From Deltaproteobacteria bacterium (GTDB taxonomy: Bacteria; Desulfobacterota; WTBG01; CAIYCZ01; CAIRTM01), in NCBI GenBank assembly GCA_016932595.1, contig JAFGCP010000019.1:1-47149 (forward strand): a stretch of DNA of 47,149 nucleotides. The letters run 5' to 3'. This document shows positions 1-9,177 of this stretch, in pieces. Under the pieces are notes generated by a model. It saw nothing but the letters and a program-made list of their open reading frames with translations. It made no database searches and had not been told where the DNA came from. The number at the start of each line of letters is the position of its first letter. The first letter of the stretch is position 1. A program made the translations under genes and the position numbers.

Positions 1-1032
1 GGATGAAAGACCCATAAAATAGCTTCCCACCCACACCATAAGTCCCGCTTCCTGCAGCAGGCCGCATTTTCCGGCTGTTTTATTAAGCTCGGCATAGCCT
101 TTCATGGTGGGCAGCAATGCCAGTTCAGACACCAGCATAAACCGGGCGCTCAGATCCACAAGCGGATTATAGGCTGCGTCAAACAGCTGGCTCGACCCCA
201 TGATCTGCTGCCAGACCAGGTTGCCCATAGAGACAGAACCCTCGCCCGTTATCTTTATTTTGTGGTACATGTCGCAATATTTCACCGCAGCCGGGTCCCA
301 GAATTTCCAGCACTGCGGATTCAGCAAGCGATCTCCCACCGGCTTGTACTGGTTCAGTGTCGTCAACTCGAAGCCGGTCATGGTGCAGTCCATAAAGCGG
401 TCGCACTGCAGGGTATTAACCGGCGTAACGCCCGGCGGCGGGTTATTAATAAGATAATAATAGTATCCGTAATCATAGCCGTAAATCATAAGAAACATGT
501 CAACCGACATATAATTATGGTGGATGATATCAAGCAGCGATCCTTTCAGGCCGAGGTCGACAGCGCCGCCGCCAAGATTTGCAACCCCCTTAAAAACAAG
601 CTCATCGGCTCCGAGGGCCATAATGTCTTTCATGGCTTGCGGCATCATTTTCATGAGCATGGCAATCAGCCCGTTAGCACTGGGATCGGCAGGGTTTGAA
701 AACAGCATGTCCCGCAGCCATAGGCCCCCGTAAAAGCCTGAAATATACATAGCGCCCAGATGCCTGCGCATCTGCTCCTTATCGGGAGAGGTCGTACAGA
801 ACTGGTCAACGGTCTTAAGCGGCAGATAGCCGAGAAAAAACTTAAGCGGATTGGCGCCGGAGCCTGCTTCGGCCATATAGTCTGCAGCCATGGTGTTGAT
901 TAAGGCGACATCGATTGTGATATGATTATTTTCCCAGAATGGCGTATCCTGCGGCAGCGACACCGACTGCGCGCCGGCGTGCTGAAACGAGAAAAAAATC
1001 GCAAGAACAATACAACTGATTTGTAGCTTCAT
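1..1032 (-). CDS. secreted hypothetical protein, C-terminus cut off by the window edge
   Basis: Absent from the ORF track because it runs off the left edge. My own translation starts at the ATG at 1032-1030, which follows a GGGGAGGG Shine-Dalgarno. It reads MKLQISCIVLAIFFSFQHAGAQS... and stays open for all 344 codons down to position 1. There is a signal-peptide-like N-terminus. No family recognised. Confidence 0.6.
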   Translation of the reverse strand, partial: MKLQISCIVLAIFFSFQHAGAQSVSLPQDTPFWENNHITIDVALINTMAADYMAEAGSGANPLKFFLGYLPLKTVDQFCTTSPDKEQMRRHLGAMYISGFYGGLWLRDMLFSNPADPSANGLIAMLMKMMPQAMKDIMALGADELVFKGVANLGGGAVDLGLKGSLLDIIHHNYMSVDMFLMIYGYDYGYYYYLINNPPPGVTPVNTLQCDRFMDCTMTGFELTTLNQYKPVGDRLLNPQCWKFWDPAAVKYCDMYHKIKITGEGSVSMGNLVWQQIMGSSQLFDAAYNPLVDLSARFMLVSELALLPTMKGYAELNKTAGKCGLLQEAGLMVWVGSYFMGLSS

Positions 1033-1090
1033 GACATGCCCTCCCCTGTTTGCTTAATATTTTTCCTTTGATTTCAAAAATGAATTCAAG

Positions 1091-1147
1091 AAAGCGCCTG
1101 CAACATATATGTTGCAGGCGCTTTCGGAAATGGGCTGAAAGCCCATT
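1091..1147 (-). terminator. tandem hairpins downstream of the 883-aa gene (likely intrinsic terminator)
   Basis: A perfect 13-bp palindrome, GCGCCTGCAACAT/ATGTTGCAGGCGC, lies at 1091-1124 and is flanked by A/T runs. A second hairpin, AATGGGC-tgaaa-GCCCATT, lies at 1128-1147. Both sit 60-115 nt after the stop at 1206. Confidence 0.55.
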
Positions 1148-1205
1148 GAAATTTAAAAAAAAGCAGGAGCGATTCCGGAATGGGATCACCCCTGCCGGGT
1201 AGGAC

Positions 1206-3857
1206 TTACGGGCAGAGCGGGGTACAGAACGGTCCGTTTGCAAAACCGCTGCCGCCGCCGAATGAACAGCCGATAGACGGCATGCCATAGGCATACCAAT
1301 TCTTGCTGCTTTGCGTAAATGTGCAGCGGGTAGCGTCGCTGGTCATACCATTGGATACCTGGCAGCTTTCGCCGCGGGTACACACGCAGTTTGCAGCGCC
1401 ATTGCCTGTGGCCAGACAGGCGGCTTCAATAGCTGCCTGGTCATTGGGCCAGCCGTCGCATTCAGCAAAGTCGGCGCAGGAGGTGTCGGAATAATCATTT
1501 TCAAACCGGCAGCCCCAAACCGTGTCGTCATTGGGCAGGGGCTGGTTGTCGCCGCAGGTCGGACACTGGTCAGCGCTTGCAGCGCAGGTGCCGTCTGAGC
1601 AGCGGGCAGGCTTGTCGACCGGGCAGCACTGCGAAGCGTCAGCCACGCACTCATTGTTCGGGCATTGAACAGGCAGCGCAGGATTCGGGCAGGCAGCAAG
1701 ATTGCACTCGCCGTTTTCGCACTTATCAAGCGTGATGTCCATGCTCAGGTTCTGCTGCGGTCCGCCGCCAAGGGTGATGGCAGGCTGGTCCTTGCCCCAT
1801 ACATAGTCGCCGTCTGCTGGCAGCGGCGGCCAGTCGGTTGAGTAGTACAGGCCGACATAGAGCTGGTAATTACCGGCAAGGCAGCTTTCCCGGTAATAGG
1901 TGCAGCCGGGAAGTACCATGGTATAGGGATTGTCTGCATTGATATCAGGATTCTGAACGAGATTGTAGTCCGTGCCTCCGTCGGGCGGGCCCTGCGGCGG
2001 GAAGGTCCAGGATGCTGCTTCATAGAAAAAAGCCATGAGCTGAGCAGGCTGTGCTGTCAGCTGCTCGGGAACACGAATAGTAAGCGTCAGCTGATCGCAC
2101 TGGTCGCAGACATCCGAGGGACGCGGGGTCGGCGTGAAACCGCCAAAATCGCAGGGGCCCCAGCAGGTGCCGGCAGCATTGCAGGTCTGTGAGCCGATGG
2201 CGGTCTTGGGATCATCACCAATCTGCGCACGGTTGCACTGCCTGGTCTCACCCGGCGTACAGTTTTCAGCCTCATCGCAGGAAACCGGCGTTGCCGGGCC
2301 ATTTCTGATGCAGCGCACATCTGCATAGCTGTTGATATGATTGTAGCAGACGCCGCCGATATCAAACAGAATGCTGGCGATCCAGTCGGGACGGTTGGAA
2401 GCTGCTTCAAGGGCCCAGAATTCAAGGGAGTGAACGTTCTGGGTGCCGATATCAGGCCTGTGGCAGGAACCGGTAAGCTCTGCCGGCCAGTAACAGCCTT
2501 CAATACCGGGGCCGCCTGCATCGGGCGCTCCGAGGCATGCCGCATCCTGGCCCTCTTCAAATGAGCTGCCATCCGTGAGCGGGCAGTCGCCGCTGGGCAT
2601 TGTGTCGGGATTGCCTCTGACAAGGCTTCTCAGCTCAGCAATAGTCGGCACTCTCCAATCGTCATAGCCTGCAATCTGCAGGCCGTCGCAGTAGCGCGGC
2701 GCATCCTGGGAGGCGATGCCAAGGTCTGCGCCCTCGCCGCTGATCGGATAGGCGTCTTTCTGAGGATCCTGCCAGCAGATATTCGTGTCCGGATCGCACC
2801 AGAAGGAATAATTGGTGCACTGGCACTGTTCCCAGCCTGAGCCGTCTGCCTTGGCAAGCTGGGTGCTGGTCGTACCGTTGGGACAGTAACATGACTGGCT
2901 GCCGGCATAGCGAATTATAATGCCGCCATTGGCGACCATGTAGATTTCATTTGCCGAGGCGCCCCAAATTTTATTCAGCTGCTGTGTCGTGGGCACCGTA
3001 ATCGTGCTCCAGGAGGTACCGTTGAATTTAAGCAGTGTTCCTGCAGCGCCAACAGCGTACACATTGTTCATGTCGGTGCCCCAGACTGACCTGAGGTTCT
3101 GCGTGGTCGGGCTTGTCATTTTAGCCCAGTTGCCGCCGTTCTGACGCCGCAGGATAATGCCGCCGTCGCCGACTGCAAAAAGATTATCAGCATCAATTCC
3201 CCATATCCCTCTAAGTGTTGAAGACACAGGGGATTTCCAGGTGTCGATATTTCTATGGCCCCAGAAATCATCTTTTACCATATAGCCCAGTATGCCCTTG
3301 GAACCGGTAACAACCTGATCACCGTTTGGCAAAGTCCAGGAACCATACAGGTCATTACTGTGCTCATGCTGCTCCTGGGAGCTGAAGCTGCTGTCAGTGC
3401 CATTGACAATATTATAGTACTGGGGCACAAAAAATACCCATATGGTATTGTTTTTACCAAATGCATTTATTTTTCCATTGCTCGGATCAGGCCCGCCAAT
3501 CGCGTACAGCGGATAATTGAGCGACTGGCTGTTGGCCTTTGACCAGCCGCTGCCCGTATTGCGAAAAATGCCACGATAATCACCAACGGCATACACATTT
3601 CCCGCGCTGGGTCCATAAACATCATTAAGGTTCCACGTTGTGCCGGAAGGCTGTGTGCTCCAGGAACTGCCGTCAAAATGCAGAATCAAGCCGGATGCAC
3701 CCACAGCATAAATATCATTTCCTCCAAAACCATAAATACTGTTGAGATTTGCCGTTGTGCCTGATGACATGGTTTCCCAGCCGGGCTGAGCAGCAAAAAC
3801 AGAACCTGAAATAATAAAAGCAAATAATAAAATTAAAAAAGCTATTTTTTTATACAT
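1206..3857 (-). CDS. large secreted cysteine-rich protein: N-terminal beta-propeller-type repeats + DUF1566 (Lcl C-terminal-like) domain + Cys-rich C-terminal modules
   Basis: 883-aa ORF with signal peptide MYKKIAFLILLFAFIISGSVFAAQ. It has about 8 repeats of the form W..(S/T)SGTT.NL..(I/V)(Y/W)G....(I/V)YAVG..G.I. The motif GYDDWRVPTIAELRSL is typical of DUF1566. The last 560 aa contain about 45 Cys. Confidence 0.8.
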   Translation of the reverse strand: MYKKIAFLILLFAFIISGSVFAAQPGWETMSSGTTANLNSIYGFGGNDIYAVGASGLILHFDGSSWSTQPSGTTWNLNDVYGPSAGNVYAVGDYRGIFRNTGSGWSKANSQSLNYPLYAIGGPDPSNGKINAFGKNNTIWVFFVPQYYNIVNGTDSSFSSQEQHEHSNDLYGSWTLPNGDQVVTGSKGILGYMVKDDFWGHRNIDTWKSPVSSTLRGIWGIDADNLFAVGDGGIILRRQNGGNWAKMTSPTTQNLRSVWGTDMNNVYAVGAAGTLLKFNGTSWSTITVPTTQQLNKIWGASANEIYMVANGGIIIRYAGSQSCYCPNGTTSTQLAKADGSGWEQCQCTNYSFWCDPDTNICWQDPQKDAYPISGEGADLGIASQDAPRYCDGLQIAGYDDWRVPTIAELRSLVRGNPDTMPSGDCPLTDGSSFEEGQDAACLGAPDAGGPGIEGCYWPAELTGSCHRPDIGTQNVHSLEFWALEAASNRPDWIASILFDIGGVCYNHINSYADVRCIRNGPATPVSCDEAENCTPGETRQCNRAQIGDDPKTAIGSQTCNAAGTCWGPCDFGGFTPTPRPSDVCDQCDQLTLTIRVPEQLTAQPAQLMAFFYEAASWTFPPQGPPDGGTDYNLVQNPDINADNPYTMVLPGCTYYRESCLAGNYQLYVGLYYSTDWPPLPADGDYVWGKDQPAITLGGGPQQNLSMDITLDKCENGECNLAACPNPALPVQCPNNECVADASQCCPVDKPARCSDGTCAASADQCPTCGDNQPLPNDDTVWGCRFENDYSDTSCADFAECDGWPNDQAAIEAACLATGNGAANCVCTRGESCQVSNGMTSDATRCTFTQSSKNWYAYGMPSIGCSFGGGSGFANGPFCTPLCP

Positions 3858-4068
3858 AACAACCCCGCCTTAAAGATTTATCTCAAGGTACATTCTGGAA
3901 CTCTGGTCTGGCTGCAGCATGATAATGAAGCTGCTGTGAAAGACACCTCCTTTCAGTCCAAAGACTCGACACATAAGTTCCGTCTGCAAGTACCTTAGAG
4001 TATGGCAGAGGCATATAAGGATTACAATACCCCTTAATTGCTCAATAAATACGTATAAATATTAAGTA

Positions 4069-5727
4069 TTAATCGAGAGAGAAAAGATGGGTTCTGAGAT
4101 TGGCTTTATTTTTTTTGAGGTTGAGTTTTCTTCTGATGCTGTCGCGATGACCTTCGACCGTGCGCGTGGAAAGGCTGAGTAACTCAGCAATTTCCTTAGT
4201 GTTTTTTCCATGCTTGATAAAATTAGCAACCTTGATTTCAGTTGGGGTAAGGTTGAAATATTTCACCTTTTTAAGAAAAGGAGAAATAATGTCACTCAGG
4301 TTATTGTCAATAATTTCAATATACATTTTCTGTGTAGCATCAAGCCGCAACTGCCTTATTTTTTCAATATAGGGCGATACCAGTTCCCTGACATTGCTGA
4401 CCATTTTTTCTTCAAGCGCCACGCGGTCCTCGTCACGGGCCTTTAATAAAACGCGCAAAGCAGTATTAACCTCCTCAAGATTACGGGTCCGTTCCTCGAC
4501 CTTTTGCTCAAGCTCGTCATTAGCAGCTTTTATCTCGCGCTCAAAAAGCTTGCGCTCGGTAATGTCGCGCACCGACACGATAATGGACGTGTTTGCCTGG
4601 CTGCCATACTGAATATTGGTAACTTTAGCCTCGACAGGCAGTATGGAGCCGTCTTTGCACTGGTAGAGACACTCAAAATAGTTCGAATAGTCCTTGGCAT
4701 ACATTTCCTGTACCATGCGCCCGTACTCATCGGACCCTGCCAAATCGGGCATGATTTCAACAGCCGGCTTGCCTATAAGCTCGCCTGCGGAATAACCGAA
4801 CATGTTCAGCAGAGAACTGTTGGCAAATATGATATTGCCGATCTCATCGGTGACGTATATGCCGTCGCCGGCCATATTGAATACATTTTCAAAAAAATCG
4901 CGCGACCGCTGCAGTTCGTCATATGCCTTGTGAAGCTGCTCGGCTGCGCGTTTCCGCTCGGTAATATCGCGCACGGAAACAATAAGAGCCTCGGAATCCT
5001 GGCTGCCGTACTGCACCGTGGTAACCCTTGCTTCCACGGGCAGAATCGTGCCGTCCTTTCGTTGATAAATAACTTCAAAATAATCAGAAAAATCCCGCGC
5101 ATAGATATCACGCAGCAGAGCCTGCTCTCTGTCCTCTATTGCCTCCTGCGACATAAGGCTGATAGCAGGCCTGCCCATCAGCTCGCTTAAAGCATAGCCG
5201 AGCATCTCGCACATTGCCTTGTTGGCAAACACTATAGCGCCGGATGCATCGACAATATGCAGGCCGTCGCCTGACATATTGAAAACATTTTCAAAAAAAT
5301 CACGCGACCGCTTCAGCTCATCGTTGGCCATCCTGAGCGCATCGTCCGCCTTCTTGCGCTCGGTGATATCGCGCACCGATACAATAACGCCGGCGGAGGA
5401 TTCTGACGGGTAGTGCATATTGGCTATTTTCAAATCGACCTGAAATTGAGTCCCATCTTTTCTAAAATATGCCGCTTCATATGCATTGTCTGCATCGTCA
5501 AAAAGATTGCTGAAAAACGCTTCGAATGAGGGCAGGGAACCTGGTGCGACAAGATCTGCGCCGTATCTGCCGATAAGTTCGTCAGAACTAAAGCCGGTCA
5601 TGTCGCACAACGCCCTGTTGACCATGATGATGCAGCCCATCTCATCGGTCACAAAAATACCGTCTCCGGCCATATTGAAAATATTCTCAAGGAATTCCCT
5701 TGGGAAAGTGCCCTCTTGCATTGTCAT
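4069..5727 (-). CDS. triple-PAS LuxR/GerE-family transcriptional regulator
   Basis: 552 aa. Three PAS-like modules each end in (I)VSVRDITERK. A coiled-coil linker follows. The C-terminal HTH reads LTPTEIKVANFIKHGKNTKEIAELLSLSTRTVEGHRDSIRRKL. Confidence 0.85.
   Translation of the reverse strand: MTMQEGTFPREFLENIFNMAGDGIFVTDEMGCIIMVNRALCDMTGFSSDELIGRYGADLVAPGSLPSFEAFFSNLFDDADNAYEAAYFRKDGTQFQVDLKIANMHYPSESSAGVIVSVRDITERKKADDALRMANDELKRSRDFFENVFNMSGDGLHIVDASGAIVFANKAMCEMLGYALSELMGRPAISLMSQEAIEDREQALLRDIYARDFSDYFEVIYQRKDGTILPVEARVTTVQYGSQDSEALIVSVRDITERKRAAEQLHKAYDELQRSRDFFENVFNMAGDGIYVTDEIGNIIFANSSLLNMFGYSAGELIGKPAVEIMPDLAGSDEYGRMVQEMYAKDYSNYFECLYQCKDGSILPVEAKVTNIQYGSQANTSIIVSVRDITERKLFEREIKAANDELEQKVEERTRNLEEVNTALRVLLKARDEDRVALEEKMVSNVRELVSPYIEKIRQLRLDATQKMYIEIIDNNLSDIISPFLKKVKYFNLTPTEIKVANFIKHGKNTKEIAELLSLSTRTVEGHRDSIRRKLNLKKNKANLRTHLFSLD
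4552..5706. repeat. three tandem ~400-bp intragenic repeats (PAS modules)
   Basis: The string CGCTCGGT(A/G)AT(A/G)TCGCGCAC recurs at 4553, 4955 and 5357, an exact 402-bp period. The stretches encoding SRDFFENVFNM are nearly identical at the nucleotide level. Confidence 0.8.
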
Positions 5728-5921
5728 TGCAAAGCTCCCTCAGCTCAGGCTTCCAGGCCGTAAAGGTGAAATGAGAACATTAGGTCCGGACGGAGTACTG
5801 AACATGAAATTTTTTTTAAACATTTCTAAATGTGAGTAATTATACCATATGCTGAATAGTTATTGGATAGAGGCAATTAAAAAAACCGATCATTCGAGCT
5901 GCATTTGATATGTTTCACATC

Positions 5922-6115
5922 CAGGGCTGCAGGGTCATTGCCCTGCTGCGCAGCTGGATCAGCGATACGCGCAGTCAAAAACCACCCGCATAGCGGGTAG
6001 CTTGGTGTCGCCCTGAAAGGGCGAAATCAAAAAACTCGGCGTTTTTGCTTTGCCTTCTTGAGGAACCATCGCCATAGGGATGGTTCGCGAAAAACAATAA
6101 AGGATGCTATAGCAT
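5922..6115. repeat. cluster of four short hairpins plus a 12-nt palindrome (REP-like, non-coding)
   Basis: CAGGGC..GCCCTG 5922-5945; ACCCGC-ata-GCGGGT 5984-5998; TCGCCC-tgaaa-GGGCGA 6008-6024; GAACCATC-N8-GATGGTTC 6063-6086; ATGCTATAGCAT 6104-6115. Confidence 0.5.
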
Positions 6116-6165
6116 GCAGGGAGGCTTGATGTACAAGGAATAAAAAAGGAGGTTCCGAACACAGG

Positions 6166-7593
6166 TTAATAATTGTAGTTCAACATGAAAAACACACGCT
6201 GGTCTGGCCTGCTGCCTGCGCGCAAGTCGGCTGCTATATCAGTGACTGAGCTGCGCAGCCCCATAAGGGTAAGCTGCATACTGTCTGTCACGCGCTGTGA
6301 ATAGGTAAGTGACATATCAAGCAGGCTGGAATCGCCGGAACGGGAGGCTGGCCCCAAAGCTGCACTGCTCAGCGAAGCGTATTTCAGCCCTGTCGAAAGC
6401 GACCAGCCAGCATCGGCGAGGGATCCGAGGCTCACATCAACACCAAGGGATCGGGTTGGCATTTCAAAAGCATCAAGCTCAGGCCCGTTATTGTAATATA
6501 TGAAAGATGGCGTAATACTCATCCATTGAAACGGTTTAATATCGCTGGCGATGCGAATTCCCTGGCTGTAGCTATAGGTTGAATACGCGCTAAACGGATC
6601 ATACACCGAAAGAGCCGCCTCTGAATCATCGCCATAAAGGTCAAATTCATCTCGAAAGGCGCCAAGGTGAAAGTTGCCGTATTTTCCGAGAATCGGCCGA
6701 ACATAGTCAATCTCGACGGACTGGGGCTTTTTCCCCTGACTTTTTTTCACCGCAGTGCGGTCAGCGGCAAAGGGGCTTTTTTCTATAGAGGAATAGCGCA
6801 CGTGCATGCCTGTATCGGGAGGAACATCCTCATCCTCATCCTGCTCATCCTCCCAATCCGAGAATTCATCAAAAGATCCGGGCCGCACCCCGGCCGTATG
6901 CTCAAGCCGTTTTGCCGACACCAGTCGTTTGCGCCAGTAATCGTCGTCCATGTTTGAGATCACGACACCACGCTTTGACTGGGCATGGATAAATTGCCCG
7001 CCGTCAAGATAAATTCCAACATGATCGATTCTCTTCTTTTTTGCCGAGGAAGCAAAAAATACGAGGTCGCCGGTTTTAAGAGCTTTTTCATTGAGTTTTG
7101 CAAACATGGGAAGATGGAACTGAGACTGTGCATTGTGCGGCAGATCCACCCCGAAAAGCTTCCGGTACATGCTGCGTGCAAAACCCGAACAGTCAAAGCC
7201 GTCGCCGCCGGTGCCGCCCCATTTATAACGTATGCCCAGATACCTTTCAAGCTCACTTTTCAGCTGCAGGTCTGCAACACGCCTGTTTACAGAAACGCCG
7301 GAAAAAGGCTTTATGCTGTTTTTTGTAAAAAATCCAGGAGGGGCCGCGGGAAGCTCGGAATTCCCTAATTTGACGGATTTCTTTGGTTTTGCTTTTGATT
7401 TTGCTTTTTTCTTAGTGTTTACAGTCTGCTTTTTAACGTTTGAGTGTTTCGAAACGGAAGGCTTTTGGCGAGCCTCTGCACCTGTGGCCATAATAGCAAC
7501 ACTAACAAACAGAAACACCATGTGAATTGTCAGCCGCAAAAACCGCTTGGTCTGCCATGATGCAATCCTGAAACATATTCTTTCTACCGTCAC
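6166..7593 (-). CDS. NlpC/P60-family peptidoglycan endopeptidase with acidic linker and beta-barrel-like C-terminal domain
   Basis: The NlpC/P60 core reads YKWGGTGGDGFDCSGFARSMY ... IDHVGIYLDGGQFIHA. The C-terminal ~190 aa show alternating hydrophobicity and end in FFMLNYNY. The true start may be the internal Met at 7521 (MVFLFVSVAIMATGAEA signal peptide). Confidence 0.8.
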   Translation of the reverse strand: MTVERICFRIASWQTKRFLRLTIHMVFLFVSVAIMATGAEARQKPSVSKHSNVKKQTVNTKKKAKSKAKPKKSVKLGNSELPAAPPGFFTKNSIKPFSGVSVNRRVADLQLKSELERYLGIRYKWGGTGGDGFDCSGFARSMYRKLFGVDLPHNAQSQFHLPMFAKLNEKALKTGDLVFFASSAKKKRIDHVGIYLDGGQFIHAQSKRGVVISNMDDDYWRKRLVSAKRLEHTAGVRPGSFDEFSDWEDEQDEDEDVPPDTGMHVRYSSIEKSPFAADRTAVKKSQGKKPQSVEIDYVRPILGKYGNFHLGAFRDEFDLYGDDSEAALSVYDPFSAYSTYSYSQGIRIASDIKPFQWMSITPSFIYYNNGPELDAFEMPTRSLGVDVSLGSLADAGWSLSTGLKYASLSSAALGPASRSGDSSLLDMSLTYSQRVTDSMQLTLMGLRSSVTDIAADLRAGSRPDQRVFFMLNYNY

Positions 7594-7824
7594 CGATACT
7601 CCCGTTTCTCTTGATTAATTTTGCGAGAATACAGCTCTAGATTCAGTATCACAATCAGTGGTGGATTGAGTCTTGCGAAAGCACAATACAATGCTTGTCA
7701 GTTTGGCCTGGTCTTTAATTAATGGTAAATATAAGCCACCTTAGTCAGCCATGTCAACTTAAAATCTTGTAACAGTGACCTAAAAAATATTATTTACTAT
7801 ATAAATATATATATAAATCACTAG

Positions 7825-9177
7825 TTATTGGTTATATTTAAATCGATTAAGATCAGGCACAAACTCCCGCCGCCGATCGCGTTCATATTCATACACTGTT
7901 CGGCCAAGCTCGGCAAGAAAAGGCATACCGACCGAATCATACTCATATCTGCCGTCCTTGAGAACCTGATCGCTGTTGACATAAATAACAGCACTCAGAA
8001 AAAATTCAATGCCGCATTCAAAGTCGGCGATATAGGCGCAGTCTGAAAGATACCCGTCGGACTGACCAACGATATTAAAAATCCGCATCTGGCCAGAGCG
8101 CATACCGGCACGGGAGCCGGCGGCATCGCCAAAAACAAAATACTTTTTGTAATTGTCGGGGTATTTACTTTTTGAAGCATAGGACGATATACCGGACTCG
8201 CCGGGCAGCATGCACAGATAGCGTCTAATAAACCGGTAATCGTCGGGGGTGAGCCCGAAGCGCTGGTGAGGGGGAAACGCTTCGGGAAAAAGTACCGCCA
8301 TAAGCATTGTGTTCACATCGGCAAGGCTCAGGTTGTTGGAATAGGTGTAATCATAGGGCTCGGCTGTATATCTGCCCCTGCAGTCAAGATAGCCCCTGCC
8401 CCGCTTTAAATTCGGCAGCGGATTGACAAAGGGCTTCAGATTTACCTGCTGGGGCTGGGAATACACCAACTGGCCCAGATCACTGTAAAAAAAGAACGGA
8501 TTGGTGTACCTGTTCTCATCGTAGTCGCAGTTGCAGAAACGGCGGATGATGCGCACATCGGGGTATCCCATGGCGCGAAGATTTTCATGAATATATGCCT
8601 GACCGAGAAATTCATACAGGCGGTTATAGGCATCATTGTCGCTGACAAGCAGCACTTTCTTTATATAGTGCGCTATGCTTGCCCGGCCGCCGGGGGCGGT
8701 GGCGTCCTGGGAAACGGCAGTCTGGCAAGCCTGCTGCTTGCCGATGGTAAGGCGCGTGCTTTTATCAAGCCCCGGTATATTCAGCTGATTGAGCTTTTGC
8801 AAAGCAAGGCACAGAACGGGCAGCTTTACCATGCTGGCAGGATTAAAATAGGCGCGCGGGTTGAGCCGGTAGACATACTCCTTGAAAGAGGGCCTGTTTT
8901 CCCGGTCACGGTTTATCTGGGTATAGAGAATCTGCACCTCATACCTGCCCGGATTGTCCAGAATATTTCTGAATTTTGCAGGCCGGGAGGCAAGCAGATC
9001 AGAGAGCAAATGCGGCGTGTCCGGCACGCGTGAAGGTTCCGGAGAGCAGCGGCTGGGCGAGCGCACAGCCGCTGTCTGCAAAGGCTGCTGTATATCGGGG
9101 GCTCTACAGGCTCCAAGTGAGATTGCCAGAGAGCAAAGGAGTATGCCGGTAAAAAATCTTCTTTTAGCAATGTTCAC
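7825..9177 (-). CDS. lipoprotein, class A beta-lactamase-like serine hydrolase
   Basis: GTG start. Lipobox LAISLGAC. SxxK motif (ASMVKLP) and SDN motif (LLVSDNDAYN). The start overlaps the upstream stop by 4 nt (GTGA). Confidence 0.75.
   Translation of the reverse strand: MNIAKRRFFTGILLCSLAISLGACRAPDIQQPLQTAAVRSPSRCSPEPSRVPDTPHLLSDLLASRPAKFRNILDNPGRYEVQILYTQINRDRENRPSFKEYVYRLNPRAYFNPASMVKLPVLCLALQKLNQLNIPGLDKSTRLTIGKQQACQTAVSQDATAPGGRASIAHYIKKVLLVSDNDAYNRLYEFLGQAYIHENLRAMGYPDVRIIRRFCNCDYDENRYTNPFFFYSDLGQLVYSQPQQVNLKPFVNPLPNLKRGRGYLDCRGRYTAEPYDYTYSNNLSLADVNTMLMAVLFPEAFPPHQRFGLTPDDYRFIRRYLCMLPGESGISSYASKSKYPDNYKKYFVFGDAAGSRAGMRSGQMRIFNIVGQSDGYLSDCAYIADFECGIEFFLSAVIYVNSDQVLKDGRYEYDSVGMPFLAELGRTVYEYERDRRREFVPDLNRFKYNQ

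Noticed and set aside
926-1383. ORFs 926..1294 and 1186..1383 on the minus strand
   Set aside because: They span the terminator hairpins and overlap the ends of two well-supported genes in other frames.
4504-5190. 228-aa plus-strand ORF antisense to the PAS-LuxR gene, and similar long antisense ORFs at 13168-13755, 15587-16276, 16373-17053, 17002-17757, 21516-22172, 28851-29441, 35794-36327, 41986-42609 and 43848-44372
   Set aside because: Each lies opposite a gene with unmistakable family motifs. None has recognisable motifs of its own, and all have low-complexity Arg/Ser/Ala-rich translations typical of shadow ORFs.
5959-6162. 67-aa minus-strand ORF
   Set aside because: It lies entirely within the hairpin cluster, has no RBS, and its composition is dictated by the palindromes.
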